DNA of 64,000 bases, taken from the NCBI GenBank assembly GCA_023213395.1, contig CM041465.1:229841741-229905740 (forward strand), written 5' to 3'. Shown piece by piece: positions 25,331-38,743 of this stretch; position 1 is the first letter of the stretch; every line of letters starts with the position of its first letter. The notes under the pieces are model-generated. The model was not told where the DNA came from and ran no database searches. It worked only from the letters and a program-made list of their open reading frames with translations. The stretch comes from Cycas panzhihuaensis (taxonomy: Eukaryota > Plantae > Cycadophyta). The position numbers and the translations under genes are program-made.

Positions 25331-28300
25331 AAACTTACCAGCAGGATCAGCTGGTTGTATCATATCAGACAGCATGAAGTTGAGGCAAAATCGAATTGCC
25401 TTGATACCGAACGTGATTCGGCCTGTATGTAACATAAAATACAAAAATTAAAAAGCAGCAAAACAACCGTAACTCATATCATAAGCAATATGGTGAAGCA
25501 TGGAGGAAAGATATACCATCATACGGAAAATCAAGGGAGAGTCAAACAAAACAAAGCACCAATAGATGAGGATTTATTAACCAAGAATGGCGATCGAAAG
25601 AAGGAGCGAGGCAAGCAGGAGCAGCCTTAGAACAGAGAGGGGGAGGAATACCCCAAATTTTGAATTTTTTGTTGAGCAAGGATGCTCAACCCAATCATGT
25701 TGACCCGGGATAGATGTTGGGATATATTTTGACACATAGGCCTTGAGGAAGACAGAATACATGTTGTATTGACCAAAGGAATGCAAGTACGAACCGTACG
25801 GAGGTACGCACGAGGTGAAATAGTGAAGAAATCAGCGTGCAGGTGCGTATGACAGCGTGCAGGCATTGAACGGCACGTATCATATGATACGCACTGTGAG
25901 CGAACGAATCGACGGAAACGGCACGTATGACAATGACGGGACGGGAGGCACAGGAAGGCGCCAGACGTCGTCACGGACCTAAAGAGACATTAGTTAAGTG
26001 TATAACTAATGATTAAAGTGAAAGGGTACCTTGGTAACAAAAAGGTATGGTTATGACTTTGGGTCATGACCTTTCATCCAAAAGGCATCAAAGGGACATA
26101 TTTAATGGTGCTTTGAGGACCATTCCAAAGGTGAGAGCCGAGTTATTCATTCCTATGTCATGTGCTCGAGGGTGAGAGCCGAGATCAAGGGTACGCAAAG
26201 GTGCGTATGACAAGACGTATGATGACCGAGTGGAGCATGAGTGCATGATAAGTACCATCCGGCACGCATATGTAACAGAGGATCAGATGTCACCGAATGC
26301 TCCTAACGCATTCCACTCGTAAATAAACTGTTGAATTAATAAAAGAAGAGTTATGTGGAAATTGGTGCATTCTTGATGTGTGTTGATGATGTCTTTGAAG
26401 TATGTATTGAATTACATATGTGTACCATTCTGTGAATTATATATGGAATTATATGTGGAATATATGTGTATAACCATGTTGACAGTGTCCTAAAACTAGA
26501 CTATAGCGCTGTGTAACCTTGACAAGTGCATTGATTCCACGAAGGGTGTGGAATCTATCAGTCAACAGAGATATATCAATCTACCAATTAACGGTTTGTA
26601 TAATATGCCATCAACTGCAGGTTCCCTTTCATCTAGAGTCAGATCACAATTGGTCTCCATGGGTGTTGCACAATTGTTGCTATTCTCCATTTTGAATTTC
26701 CTCAACAGATTTTTGATGTATTTGCTTTGAGATAACGAGATTGAGTCTTTCTTTTGACTGATTTCAATTCTTAGATAATAATTCAGAAGTCCTAAATCCG
26801 TCATCTCAAAGCCTTTTTCCAATTGAGCTTTAATATTGGCTACTGACTTTGTATCACTTCCTATAAGAATCATGTCATCCACATAAACCACAATTATTGT
26901 GATTCATCCTTGTCTCCTTTTTGCATACAAACTGGAGTCAGAGCTGCACCTGAGAAATCCATTCTGAGTGAGGTATTTGTCCAATTTGGTATACCAGGCT
27001 CTTGGGGATTGCTTTAGCCCATATAATGCCTTTTTCAATTTGCATACAAGATTTTCTTGACCAATTTGAACATACCCTTCTAATTGTTTCATGTAGACTT
27101 CTTCTTCACGTTCACCATTTAGAAAGGCACTTTTCACATCCAACTAGTAGATTTCCAGTTATGTTGAGCTGCTAAAGTAATTGTTGTTCTCACAATGTCC
27201 AATTTTGCTACTGGTGAGAAAGTTTCTTCGTAGTCTATTCCAGTTGTTTGTGTATAGCCCTTGGCTACTAGCCTGGCCTTGTATTTCTCTATCTTGCCAT
27301 TAACGTTTTCCTTTATCTTGTACACCCACTTGCAATTGACTATTGGCTTGCCAACAGGTAGATCAACCAGCTCCCAAGTCTGATTCTTGGAGATTGACTC
27401 CATTTCAGCATCCATTGCAGCTTGCCATTCCTCGTGTCCTTTTGCTTCCTCAAAGGATTGTGGTGCTACGTTGCTGAATAGAACTCAATGCTTTTGGCTT
27501 CTCATCCTGTGAGTGAACACATCCCCTTTGCCTTCTTCAACTATCTTAAGGTGCCATTTTGGTACACTTTTTTCTTTTTTCTTCTTTTCTTTAGTGACTG
27601 AGCCTTTTGAAGACAATTCTTCCTCTTCAGTAGTTGAACTTTCATGTGTTTGTAATGCCCTCTTTGAATCATTAAGTTCTGTATCTTCTGAAGTAACCCC
27701 AGAGACTTCTTCTGTAAGGAGTTCTTCTTGAGATACCCTTTTGGGAGTTTCTTCGATTATTTGATGAATTGAAGTGTCCTTTATGATATCTTCTTCATTA
27801 AAGACAACATCTCTGCTTATATAGATCTTATTTGTTTTAGGATCTATGCATTTATAGGCCTTTGAATTCTCACTGTAGCCTATCACTATGCATTCTATAC
27901 TTTTGGAGTCAAATTTGGACCTCATTTTGTCTAGTATATGAACAAACGCTTGACATCCAAACTTTCTCAGATTACTTACATCTGGTTTGATTCTAGTCCA
28001 TGCTTCTTCTGGAGTAATTTGTTCTAAGGCCTTTGTTAGACTTCTATTTATAAAATAAGCAGTTGTGCTAATTACTTTGGCCCAGTTTTTGAGATCTGTT
28101 CATCTTCGATCATGCTTCGAGTCATCTCCATAATTGTTCTGTACTTGCGTTTAGCAACTCCATTGGATTAAAGGGTGTAACGAGTTGTGAATTGTCTGAG
28201 CATTTCATGTGCCTTGCAGAAATTTAAAAAATATATTGAAATATATTCTCCTCCACCATCTGGCCAGATGGATTTTATTCTTGATTCAAATTCTAATTCA

Positions 28301-30885
28301 ACTTCTACCTTGAATTCTTTAAACTTTTCGATAACTTTAGATTTGTTGTAGAGAAAATAAATCCAAATTTTCCTAGAAAAGTCATCAATAAATGTTAAAA
28401 AATACCTGGCACCATTAATTGAGCAAGGACTAAGAGGTCCACATAGGTCAGTATGTATCAATTCCAACTTATTTTGAGATCACCATTCATTTTTCTTAAA
28501 AGGGTGACGATGTTGTTTTCCAAGCTGACAACTTTTACAAACAAAATGATGAAATGCAATATTTGGAAGACCATCAACCATATGTGATTTTTGCAATTGA
28601 GCTAGTCTATCTGTGGAGATGTGCCCATTCTTCAAATGCCACAATTTATTATTATCAATATTGGCTTCAGCATATGCCTTTACATGCTTATTGGCAACTA
28701 TAGGATTAGAAAGTAGTCTATACAGATCATTACTTTCTATCCCTTTTGCAATTACATCACCATTTTTCTTCGTGTCTAGAATATAACAATGTCCTTCTTC
28801 ATTGAATACCGTCCTCAACTTTTTCTTTCCTAGTTGAGGGATGAACAAAAAATTCTCTTTTAGACTAGGTACAAAAAGTACATTTCTAATTTTCTACATT
28901 GCACCTTTTACTTTAATAGCTATGGTACCTACGCCTTTGATATTCAGAGGATACTTGTCCCCTAATTCAACAGATTTATTTGCGGTGTAGGGTTTTAGTG
29001 ATTCAAACCAGTCCTCTCGCCCCATCATATGCCTTGAAACTTCAGAGTCAATGTAACATACCTCTTCATCCTCAAGACTGGCTGTGAGTCCAGCAATAAA
29101 GGTTATCTCTTCTTCATTTTATGAGCCTACCCTTTGCTATAATTCTCCACAGGTTTTTTCCCTCTCTAGATCTTAGCTTTTCTTTGTTGGCACTGGTAAG
29201 GATAATGTTCGGGTTGTCCACAATGGTAGCAGACATCAAAAGCCCTATAGTTAATCACGAGGATGATTCGAGTGGCCTCATCCTCTATTCTCTTGCCATC
29301 TTCCACGAGATTGACTCCTGCTATCTAGGGTACGGGCACGTCCTCGACCTTGTCCTCTTTCTCTGGGTCCTATATTGAGTTTGGTTACAAACGCATCCTC
29401 AATTTTTGTCTCGTCTTGATTATGCTTGTTCCTTTGCTTTTGTCTTAGAAGTAACCCTGTTAGAGTATCCAAAGATATTGTTTCAATTTGTTCATTGTTG
29501 GTTATGGTATTAACTGTAACATCGAATGCCTTTGTCAATTTACTTGCAACCATTTTAATAATCTCTTGTTCCAAAATATCTACTCTTGCACTTAGTAAAT
29601 CATTTCTAACTAAAATGACTCTATGAATAAATTCTAAGTCTGTTTCTATCTCCTTCATATACAATTTGAACAACTTTTCTTTGAGGGCTATAATTCTGGC
29701 CCTATTTTTTTTATTGTATTTATTGTCAAACATTTTCTAGATTGTAGATGAGGAGTTTAGTTTCTCAACATAGATAAGGAGAGAGTCAGAAACTGAGACT
29801 TTCAAGGTTATTACACTTGCGTTGTCCCTTTCTTCCCAATTTGCCTAGGCAGCACCAGCAACTTCAAGTTTTGATTCCTTCCCAATTGCTATTTGCCAGC
29901 CATTTTTGGCTCTAAGCGGTGTTTCAATCTTAATTTTCCAAACATTATAGTTAGTTTCTGTTAATTTATCTTGCTCAATAAGAGCTAGAATGGATGCAGC
30001 CATGTTTGGACTAATGGACAGTATGATGCAGCCCTGACCATATGGTTGTACAGATTTTCATACAAAAATGCAGGTGTACAAAATTGACTAAAAAATAGCC
30101 CAAATTGTAGATCTCTTTAGGGTGAGTCTGAATATGTAATTATTTTTTCAAGTTGGCTTTTAGTTAGACTGGAAAATGGCCCAAAAGTAGAAAACCAATA
30201 GCTAGGGTTTTGAAAAAAATTGCTTAAAACTTTAAAAATTCTTAATCAAACCCTTTGAATCTGGTATCAATAGAAGCATATTAAAGAGACGAATAGAACT
30301 TGATAGGTTTTACTTGGAATGAAGTCTTGTTTTGGTCAAAATCTTTGATCGAACCTCCAAACCCATGCTACTGTATTTTTGGCAAAACGAGCCCAAAAGC
30401 AGCTTCAAATGCCTTCAATCCTATTCAGAAAAATGTTTCAAACATCAAGATCTACTTGCTGGTCAAATTTCAAAGAATTCTGAGCAATTTTAATTTTTCG
30501 TGTCCGTACAATCATACAGTTATGTACCGTCTGTACACTACCTTCGTTTGTCTCCTATTTCGTTGAAAAACTTCTTCTTCTGTCAAATATCTTCTTTATT
30601 GATGCTTGACAATTGATGTCTAACACAGAAACTTTGTCTTCTTCCAACAGAGACCCTTTCTTAGTCAAGCATGTTGGCCTGCTTTGATACCATATTAGAA
30701 TTCAGACATAGATTGGAAAATAATCAGTGATTTATTATGAGATATGTTCTATATATACATTTAAGAAATTGTAACCACCATGTATCTGACTAACACGTGG
30801 CAAACACTTGTTTATGTTACATAAAGAGGGGTTTTTACATAACCCTTAACTAATTCTAAATAAAACATTATATTCTAACAGGAGG

Positions 30886-33628
30886 AAGGGTAAGAGGCGG
30901 CAAGCATACCAGAAATATCCATGCCACTCAAACAACACTAAAGACCTCATAGAAGAAGGGGCCAATAGGGTATTGCTTGTGTTGTTTGGAATACGGCCAT
31001 TGGCAGTCCAAATGTCCAATGGTCAGGCCACACAAAGAATGCCCCTTCATATGCAAAAATTATGGACCTAGTAACCAACCTACAAAAGATTATAAAGGGA
31101 AGACCAAAGCTGCAAATTTAATGTTCATAGTTCCACAATCACCTAAAAATGTAAACTTACAAACAAGGAGTTGAGTAAAGGGGAAAGAAAAGGAGGAAAG
31201 TGGCTGTCTAAACCCTAAAGTGGAAATTGATTGTTTCACTGCAGCCAAGAAGGCTTTGGAAGATGCAGCTTGAGAAGAGGAGGCAAAAAAGCAACCAATG
31301 AGAAAACCCAAGATAAAACACAGGTATACTCAACGAAATAAATAGAAAGCAAAGAAGCTAACAGTGAGCCAACTGCATACACTTAAGACGGAGGAACTAT
31401 TTAAGGGTTAATATGTAGAGGATATTCCATGAATGTATGTTGTGATGGAAAATTTGGCCAAACAACTACAACTCACCATCCTATTAGAGCAACCAATCAA
31501 ATGGATTTAAACAAGTATAATGCAACCAAAAGAAATGGTCCAAAGTTTGAACAAGATTATGCCTTCATGCGATTAAGATCCTACAGTGATTATAAGCATT
31601 CCTGGAGAAACATTTTAGTACATGATTGATGATGGTGAAGCAATAGTTAATGTCTTACACACATCTACTTGGCAAAAGCTGGGAAGTCTAGAGATGCACC
31701 CAAATACATGCTCTTTGAAGTTGGCAAACAACTTCCTAGTGAAATCTATGGGGAATATGCCAAATATAAAGTTGGATGTCACTAGTTTTGTGGTTTTTGT
31801 TGACTTCACCGTAGTAGAAATGATGAAAAAAGTTGTGACCTACTTGACCCTATTAGGAAACCTTAGTTATAAAAGACAAAGTGTCTGCAAAGTTGGACAG
31901 ATGTCACCTTCCCTCTATCAAATGGTGGCAATGAAGTCATGCTGCCAATGTTGAACAAAGGAAAGTATATAGTGGAAGTCATCCTGGGCAATGCCTCAAC
32001 CATGACAATTGTTAGTGAAGACACCCCTTCATCATTCAATGAAGCTAATCTGTATTATACAATGGAGGGAGCAGAAACAAAGAATAACCTTCATAAGAAT
32101 GAGCCAAATTACTTTGGAGAACTTTACCCAAACAACAATTCAGGTGATGAAGGGATGAAGGACCTAGCAAACTATTGGATGAGGGAGTCATATGAAGTGA
32201 ATCCTCTCTCATTCCATCATAACCTACTCTCCTTATGTTCTCCCACTAACATGGATAATAATAATAAAAACAATTTTGAGTATCTTGGCATTATGTGCAA
32301 TAATACTAATAACAAAAATGATAATGCAAATAATAATGTAATTAGTGCAGCAAATGTATCTTTACAAAAAGAATCTATGAATGATAAGATAGCAAGTGTA
32401 ACTCTTTGTTGCAAGGTTATGTAGGAAGCACTTAGGTAGAAATAGGAATAATAAAGTCAATTCCCTTGCTTCCAAAACCCATTACCTCTAGCCCTTGTCC
32501 CAACACTATACCCCTACTTAGATCAAAGATCGTGGTAGACTTCCCTCCAAACTCTACCTTCCTCCCTACTTTAGTTTCAAGTAGCAAAGTAGGATCCTCC
32601 TCAAACCCTTTACTTTGCCCTGGGGCGAACAAGTCCAATTCTTCCCCATCCTCCCTTAGGGTATACCCACCTAGTGCCCACCTTTCTTCCTCCAGAGAAA
32701 CACACTTAGGGATTCCTCACCCATCTCAAAGGATAAAACATTAACTGATAATATCCCAAGAGATCCCAATCTCTCCTTTGGAAACAAGATCCTTGTACTT
32801 GAAAATAGGAAGCATTTCCCATTCATTGGAGACACCCCATTCTTCGAAGTTGAGCTATATATGCCACTAACCACCTAGTTCAATATATGGAATATTGGCT
32901 TCATAAGTGGATCGTAGATAAGTCCCACTAGAATTTGGACATTGTCTTCATTTTGCAAGGCCTAGCTTGGCAGTGGTAACTAGCCCATCGACCCTCATTT
33001 CATAGTTGGGCAGATGTGCAAGCAACCTTCAGATTATGATTCAACCCACCTATTAAACACTCTATTCCTCCCTTTTGGTAAGAGAATGCCCAATAAAACA
33101 CTTAAGAAAATGCAAAAAACTTGTGGCAATCATAAAGCATTTCCTAAGTGAATTTGGAGCCATCTTCTCTACCACTCCTTAGGAACATTAGGTATAAATT
33201 GGTTACTTGGGAAAGAAAGAACCTGAGAAGTGTCGTGGAATAATTTAAAGCATTCTTTTATCAAAATTTTTTTCTACACGTCAAAGGATAAGACTATAAA
33301 CAAAGTCTTAAAACAAATTAGGAGGTTTAGTATAGAAGTAAAATAGCCTAGCTATAAACCTTGTCAGTAGCAAAAACTACATAAACTAAGGGCAAGGAAG
33401 AGGCTAAGGAAACTTAGAATTTCCCTCCAGAATATACATAATTGTGGAATGGGAGTTGGAGATAGAGGAAACCTTAGCTCACCAAGTCATGAAAGACAAG
33501 CAACTGAAATTTGACAAGATGAAGACAACTAAAATCAACTTGGGTAGTGAGGAGGATCCTTGCCACATCTCAATTGGTAACAATTGGGATGACAAAATAG
33601 TGGTAGAGGCACAAGCTCTATTCAAGGA
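30886..33628 (+). pseudogene. pol: Element C gag C-terminus, protease, long PR-RT linker and RT start
   Basis: CCLEYGHWQSKC, IDDGEAIVNVL..TWQKLG and KINLGSEEDP..AQALFK. Confidence 0.8.
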
Positions 33629-34072
33629 CGTTGACTTATAGTTTGCTACACTTGTGAAAACCAACACTGGTTAAGGGATCACTAGTTGTTGGTCTAGCTT
33701 AGGATACGGTCAACATGATTCTTTTCCCATTAACTATCATTAAGTTTCTCATGCACACAATGTTATCACACATTCATCCTTAATTCATCACAATATCATC
33801 ATAAATTCCACACAGAAGTACATCAAACATGAATTCACTATACAATCATCATGGTACGCATAAGACACAATATTCCATGTAACTCTTTACTTTATTAAGC
33901 AATATGCTTCATACATTCAGTTCTGGAATGTATCCTGCATACGTTCCAACCATATACACAAGGCTTGTTACATGCGTCTCAACAGGGAATGTATCTGGAA
34001 TGCATCTGTTGGATTCTTAATACATACCACCTTCCTTGGTGTGCTGCCTATCGTGCTACCTCATCAATTGGA

Positions 34073-34291
34073 ATACTTGGCTCTCACCATTGAGAGAATA
34101 ACATATGATTGAATCACTCAACTCTCACCCTTGAGAATATGCCATGGAATAAGTAACTCAGCTCTCACCCTTGAAAGAATGACATAATATTGAATAACTC
34201 GGCTCTCACCCTTGAGAATATGCCATGAAATGAATAAATCATCTCTCACTTTGAAAGAATGACATATATATTAAATCACTTAGCTCTCACC
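34073..34291 (-). repeat. Six-unit ~41-bp array (ACTCGGCTCTCACCCTTGAG core) in the B 3' LTR
   Basis: Units start at about 34073, 34116, 34156, 34197, 34237 and 34278, with alternating spacer types. Confidence 0.92.
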
Positions 34292-34959
34292 ATTGGAATG
34301 GTGAGAAAAGTGCCATTAAATACCCATTCTGATGTCCTTTGGGTGAATGGTTATGACCCATGGTCATAACCATTCCTTTTCATAACACATGTGCCTTTTC
34401 ACTTAACACATGATTAACACTACCAATCCATGTATTCTCTATTCGTACGCCCATACGTACATTTATCCTTGCTATCGTTATCAACTGTGGGCGCATTTGA
34501 GTTTGTTCTGGTCATGCGTACTGTTCTAGTATGTTTTATCTACTAGCGTACCTAAAAAGGTACACACCCTGTCATGCGTTCCAAGGACTGTTCCTAAGCC
34601 CATTCTAGTTATTTCTAGAGTCATTCTAGCCATTTTGGGCCAGTTCCTAGTCATTTATGAGCCATTTTGGGCCTGTTTATGGTTGTTATGAGCCATTCTG
34701 AGCCCGTTTTTTGTCATTTCTAAGCCATTTTGGCCATTTCTGATCATGTTGATCATTTTATTCACCAACATCTATCCCGATCAACAAAAAGGTTCAAGTA
34801 TCCTTGCTCAAAAAATCAAATTTTTGGTGTTGTCTCTTTCTTTAAAATTTTGTGTTCTTCCTCCCCCGCTCTACATCGAGGCCTGCCCCTGTAACCCTGA
34901 CTCCAGGCCTCCATTATTTTTACTTGGTTTTAATAAATCCTCATTTATTGGTACTTAAG

Positions 34960-34986
34960 TTTTTTTTTTTTTTTTTTTTTTTTTTT
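34960..34986. repeat. Poly(T) run (~27 nt) in the B 3' UTR
   Basis: Read directly from the sequence. Confidence 0.9.
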
Positions 34987-35199
34987 GATGATTTATCTCT
35001 TCATTCATTTCCCCATGATTTTCCCATTTTAATTTTTTCCACTATAATTTTTCTCACACCTTTTTTTTCATATTACTTATTTGTATGATATGAGTTACAG
35101 TTCTTTTTTTTGTTTTTTTTTTTACATACTGAACTGAATCACGCTTAGATATCAAGGCAACCTTATTTGCCTTCAACTTCAAGCAACACATTATGGTAC

Positions 35200-38100
35200 A
35201 ACCAGTTGATTCCTCTAGTGCATTTGTCACTCCCTAACTGTGATAGTGTTTGAATTTACTGCCCTTGACCATTTCAAATAGTAGTTGGCCTGCTAGTTTC
35301 TTCAACTGGAAGTACCATTCTTGTACAACTTCTCAATCATATATGGACCTTTCCAATGCATCTTCAATTCTCCTTAGGGTGTTTGGGATTTGTTGTTAGA
35401 TCGATCACCCTTTTTGAAATATGATGTCTTGTCATGGCGGTCGTGCCTTGCCTTTTTTCACCTTTTCCTTGGTGCGGTATACTTTGTCGATTTCTTCTTA
35501 TGATCCCTTAATTGATCTTTGTTTACTATTCCTTCTCCCAACCAATGTTCTATACAATGTATTAAGTGGGTAGTTCCATATGGTTGTTCTCCATAAAAGG
35601 GCTTCACATAATCTCCAATGTATTCTCCATGGCTTCTCTCTTCTGGAATGGCAATTTTGTCTCCTAAACCAAAATCTCTAGGGATACTTTCTACTAGTTC
35701 CTCTTCTTCTTCCTCAGATTTGGTGTCGATGTTTGGAAAGGACCTTTCACTAGGTAGGTGTATCTCTAAAGAAGATGACAAAGGATTGCTACTTCCTTCC
35801 CCGGGTTGTAATAAGCATAGGGACGGGTAATCTACCTCATGACCCACTCCATCAATTACACTTTTGTAAAGAAAATTACACCTATAAGAAGAAGAATTGA
35901 CTTCATATGCATCTTGCAACCAATAATCCACGAATTTTGCCCTGTTTTCATCGTCGAACGAGTTGTAAATCTCTCCGAAGTAGGTGGGTTCTATCTCTTA
36001 GGGGTTTATCAACTTGGTTGGTTCTTCAATGATTCGATACAAGTTCCCCTCGTTGAAGGATGATGTTGTTCTTCACTCGTTATGGTTGTGTTGGATGCAT
36101 CATCGGGTATTATTTCGATGGAGTTCAACCCCAACATTAGGAGGACTACTTCGCTTCCCCCATCAAATAACACAAAAGTAACGTCTCTCCAACTCTAAAG
36201 ACACAGGTCTTGTATAACCATGGGCGTCCCAACAATGTTGGATAAGGTGTTTCCCCTTTCTTCATTTCCATGATGGTATTTTGACCGCAATTCCAATGAT
36301 GTCCACTTTCATACTTGTGAGTCTCCCCACGAGTCTCACTAGTAATTCATTCGCTAACTTTAGTGAATAGGTCGTTGCTTCCAATTTGGGGCTTCTCAAT
36401 TTCCGCCATGTTGTGGTGGGTAGGACATTTACTGCTGCTCCTCCATCCATGATTACTCTTGAAAATCTCTCCCCCAATACTGTTATTATGACCATTGGAT
36501 CCAATTCAAAGGATGGCATTATTTTCTTCAAACTCTTTGTAGTTTCCCTTTGTTGTAATATTCTGGCCTTGATCCAATCAATTACTTGGTATAAGGGAAT
36601 TGTCAATTGTAGTTGCTTCACCAGATTCTCCACTAATAATAACATCCTAGGAATTTCCTCCATTGATAGCCCTTTAAATAATTCTTTCACCTGAACTAAT
36701 TGGGGTTGCACCTTTGGTTCTTTCGGCTTTTTTTTGGTATTATTTTTTCTAACATATATGTATTTTGTTTTCAGTTTCTCCATTGGTAGCATTATTTTAT
36801 TTTCCTGCTAGGCTAGCTCCTCCAAAACTTGTTTTGCTTGCTTGAAGCGGCTTATCTCCGTTTTGGGGCTTGAGTAATCCTCACTTATGAGTTCTTTTCC
36901 TCTTTGTTTATTCTACAACTTTACATTCTTACTATTTTCTGGAATGATGGTCATCAGGCTGATCACTTTTGCCTTCCCTTTGCATTCCTTCGTTCTATGC
37001 TCACTTGGCCCGCAATTGTTGCATACAAACGGTTTATGTTCATATTCCTATTTATTTGGGCAATCTAATTTCCAAAGCCTGAATTGCAAACAAATCAAAC
37101 ACCTTCCCATTGATTGTTTTTCCTTTGAAGATTCTGACGTACTTCTTGTTGTGTATAGATTTCAAGGTGGGTTGCTTCCCCTGCCCCGACCTCGCCCTCT
37201 ATAACCTCTCCCTCTGGGGTTATAGAAACATTCCTTAGTGTTGTGACTACCCATGTTGCATATATGGCACCACTTATCCCTTTGGTGCATTGCACTATTC
37301 TTTGGATTGATTTCACACTCCTTAGTTGTATGCAAACTTTCCTCGCATATATGACACCATTTCTCAATTTTGAATTCTCGATCTTTTTGTTTCTTTGCTT
37401 TCTCTTTTCCCTTTTCCATTTTCAATCTAGCTACCTCCTTTCTTAAGGCTTCAATTTCTAAATCCTCCCTCTAATACTCCCACTTGATAGAGGGGTCGGT
37501 TATGTTGATTTTGCTTCACTTCCCTTATTTCATCGTGCAACCTAAATAATAAAGGGTCATGCCCTCCACTTTGGGCATCCATCTATGCTTCAAAGTCCAA
37601 TGCCAAATCTTGAGTATTTTTGAATGATTTCAGAAGATGTGCATGCATCATAGATCTTAACTTCTCATTCAACCCTCTAACAAAGTAGTTTTTCATATTG
37701 TGGTCTGTGATTGCTTCGTTTATCATATCGGCAGCGATTACTTTCACTGTGCTGATATAGGTCAATACAGATTCTCCTGGCCTTTGTCTTATCTGCCTAA
37801 GGGCAATCTCCATAGCCTAATTGCTCCGAAACTTCTAAAATCTCTCCTCAAATGATTTCTTTATATTTGCCTAAGTTTCCATCTTATTCAACTCCTTGTA
37901 CCATGCCAATGGCAGTCCCCTTGGTGTGCAAGTGAATCTTGCCTTTATTTCATCCTCATCTATAATTTTCTTCATGTCAATCAAGTTTTGGAATAGGTAC
38001 ACATACTCTGTTGCATCTGATGTGTCATTGAAGACTGGTTTCCCGAATTCCCTTGAGTCGTCCATCCTTGGCAACTGCACTGGTGTCCTTCCCAATGGCC

Positions 38101-38743
38101 TTTCTCCTTTTGGCTTCTTCGAAGATTCTACTCCTTTTTTCTACACCTTTCACTTTAGGTGATGTATTTGGGGTGCTTGGTGAAGCATTATCCTTCCCAA
38201 ATAGAGGATTGTTGAACGGTGTTTCAGTACTCCTAGCACTTGTATTGTTAATGGTGTGACCACTAAATATGATTGCTCAAACCCCTTGTCCAGTGAATCT
38301 TCAAATAGTTGCCTTATTAATTTATTTTCCCAATATGACGAGGGATGTTCCTCTGCCTTCTTCTTGTTATTGCTTAGGTCCTTCAGCGTATCGTCCACAT
38401 TTGTATTTTCCTCCTTCCCTAGGGTGTCACTTTGTTCCAAATCTCCTTCTGAATTTTCCTCCTTTTCTGGGCTTAAAAGGTCATACTTAATTGGGATAGG
38501 TGTTATTACCATTTGCTCACCATTTCTTTCCTCTCTTTGTTCTTGAAATGTCTAGGCTCTACTTGCCTCAGATTCTTCAACGAACTACCCCTTAGTCTTG
38601 TTATTATGTAGACTCAATCTTCTTGCCCTCCTTAATTTTGATTCCTTTGACTATCATAATGCTCTTTGTCTACTTGTTTCTTTCCCTTTAGGTGAAGTAC
38701 CCTTTTGTGGCTCTCTCGTCTTTGAAGGCCTCTTAGGTGGCAT
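35200..38743 (-). pseudogene. gag: Element B gag, protease and integrase tail
   Basis: FTCTPRGLPLAWY, two KWCHIC knuckles, VIMDGGAAVNVLP, DQLRDHKKKSTKY and WKGPY. Confidence 0.88.

Larger units (their letters stand above)
21069..26567 (+). mobile_element. Element A: non-autonomous Gypsy (Gag-PR-integrase tail, no RT/RH/IN core), tRNA-Glu primed
   Basis: LTRs at 21069-21961 and 25715-26567. TSD GAGAT at 21064-21068 and 26568-26572. PBS TGGTTCCGTTGCC at 21963-21975. Confidence 0.95.
20236..30880 (-). mobile_element. Copia-D, full-length Copia inserted in the C gag and itself interrupted by element A
   Basis: LTRs at 20236-20425 and 30693-30880. TSD GGAGG at 20231-20235 and 30881-30885. PBS (reverse complement TTTGATACCA) ends at 30692. 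Gag-pol fragments at about 20433-30003. Confidence 0.95.

Noticed and set aside
25702-25710. GACCCGGG as a fourth tRNA (T-arm) pairing site
   Set aside because: Only ~8 bp, palindromic, and not conserved in B.
33685-34217. tRNA-Glu gene or tRNA-derived SINE
   Set aside because: The tRNA-like pieces are hundreds of bp apart, no T-arm or B-box is present, and no cloverleaf can form.
34073-34291. CRISPR-like repeat/spacer appearance
   Set aside because: It lies inside a plant LTR, the spacers are duplicates of two types, there are no cas genes, and it is copied in both LTRs.
34960-34986. Poly(A) tail of a LINE, SINE or retrocopy
   Set aside because: No TSD or separate body. It sits in the A-rich 3' UTR of B.
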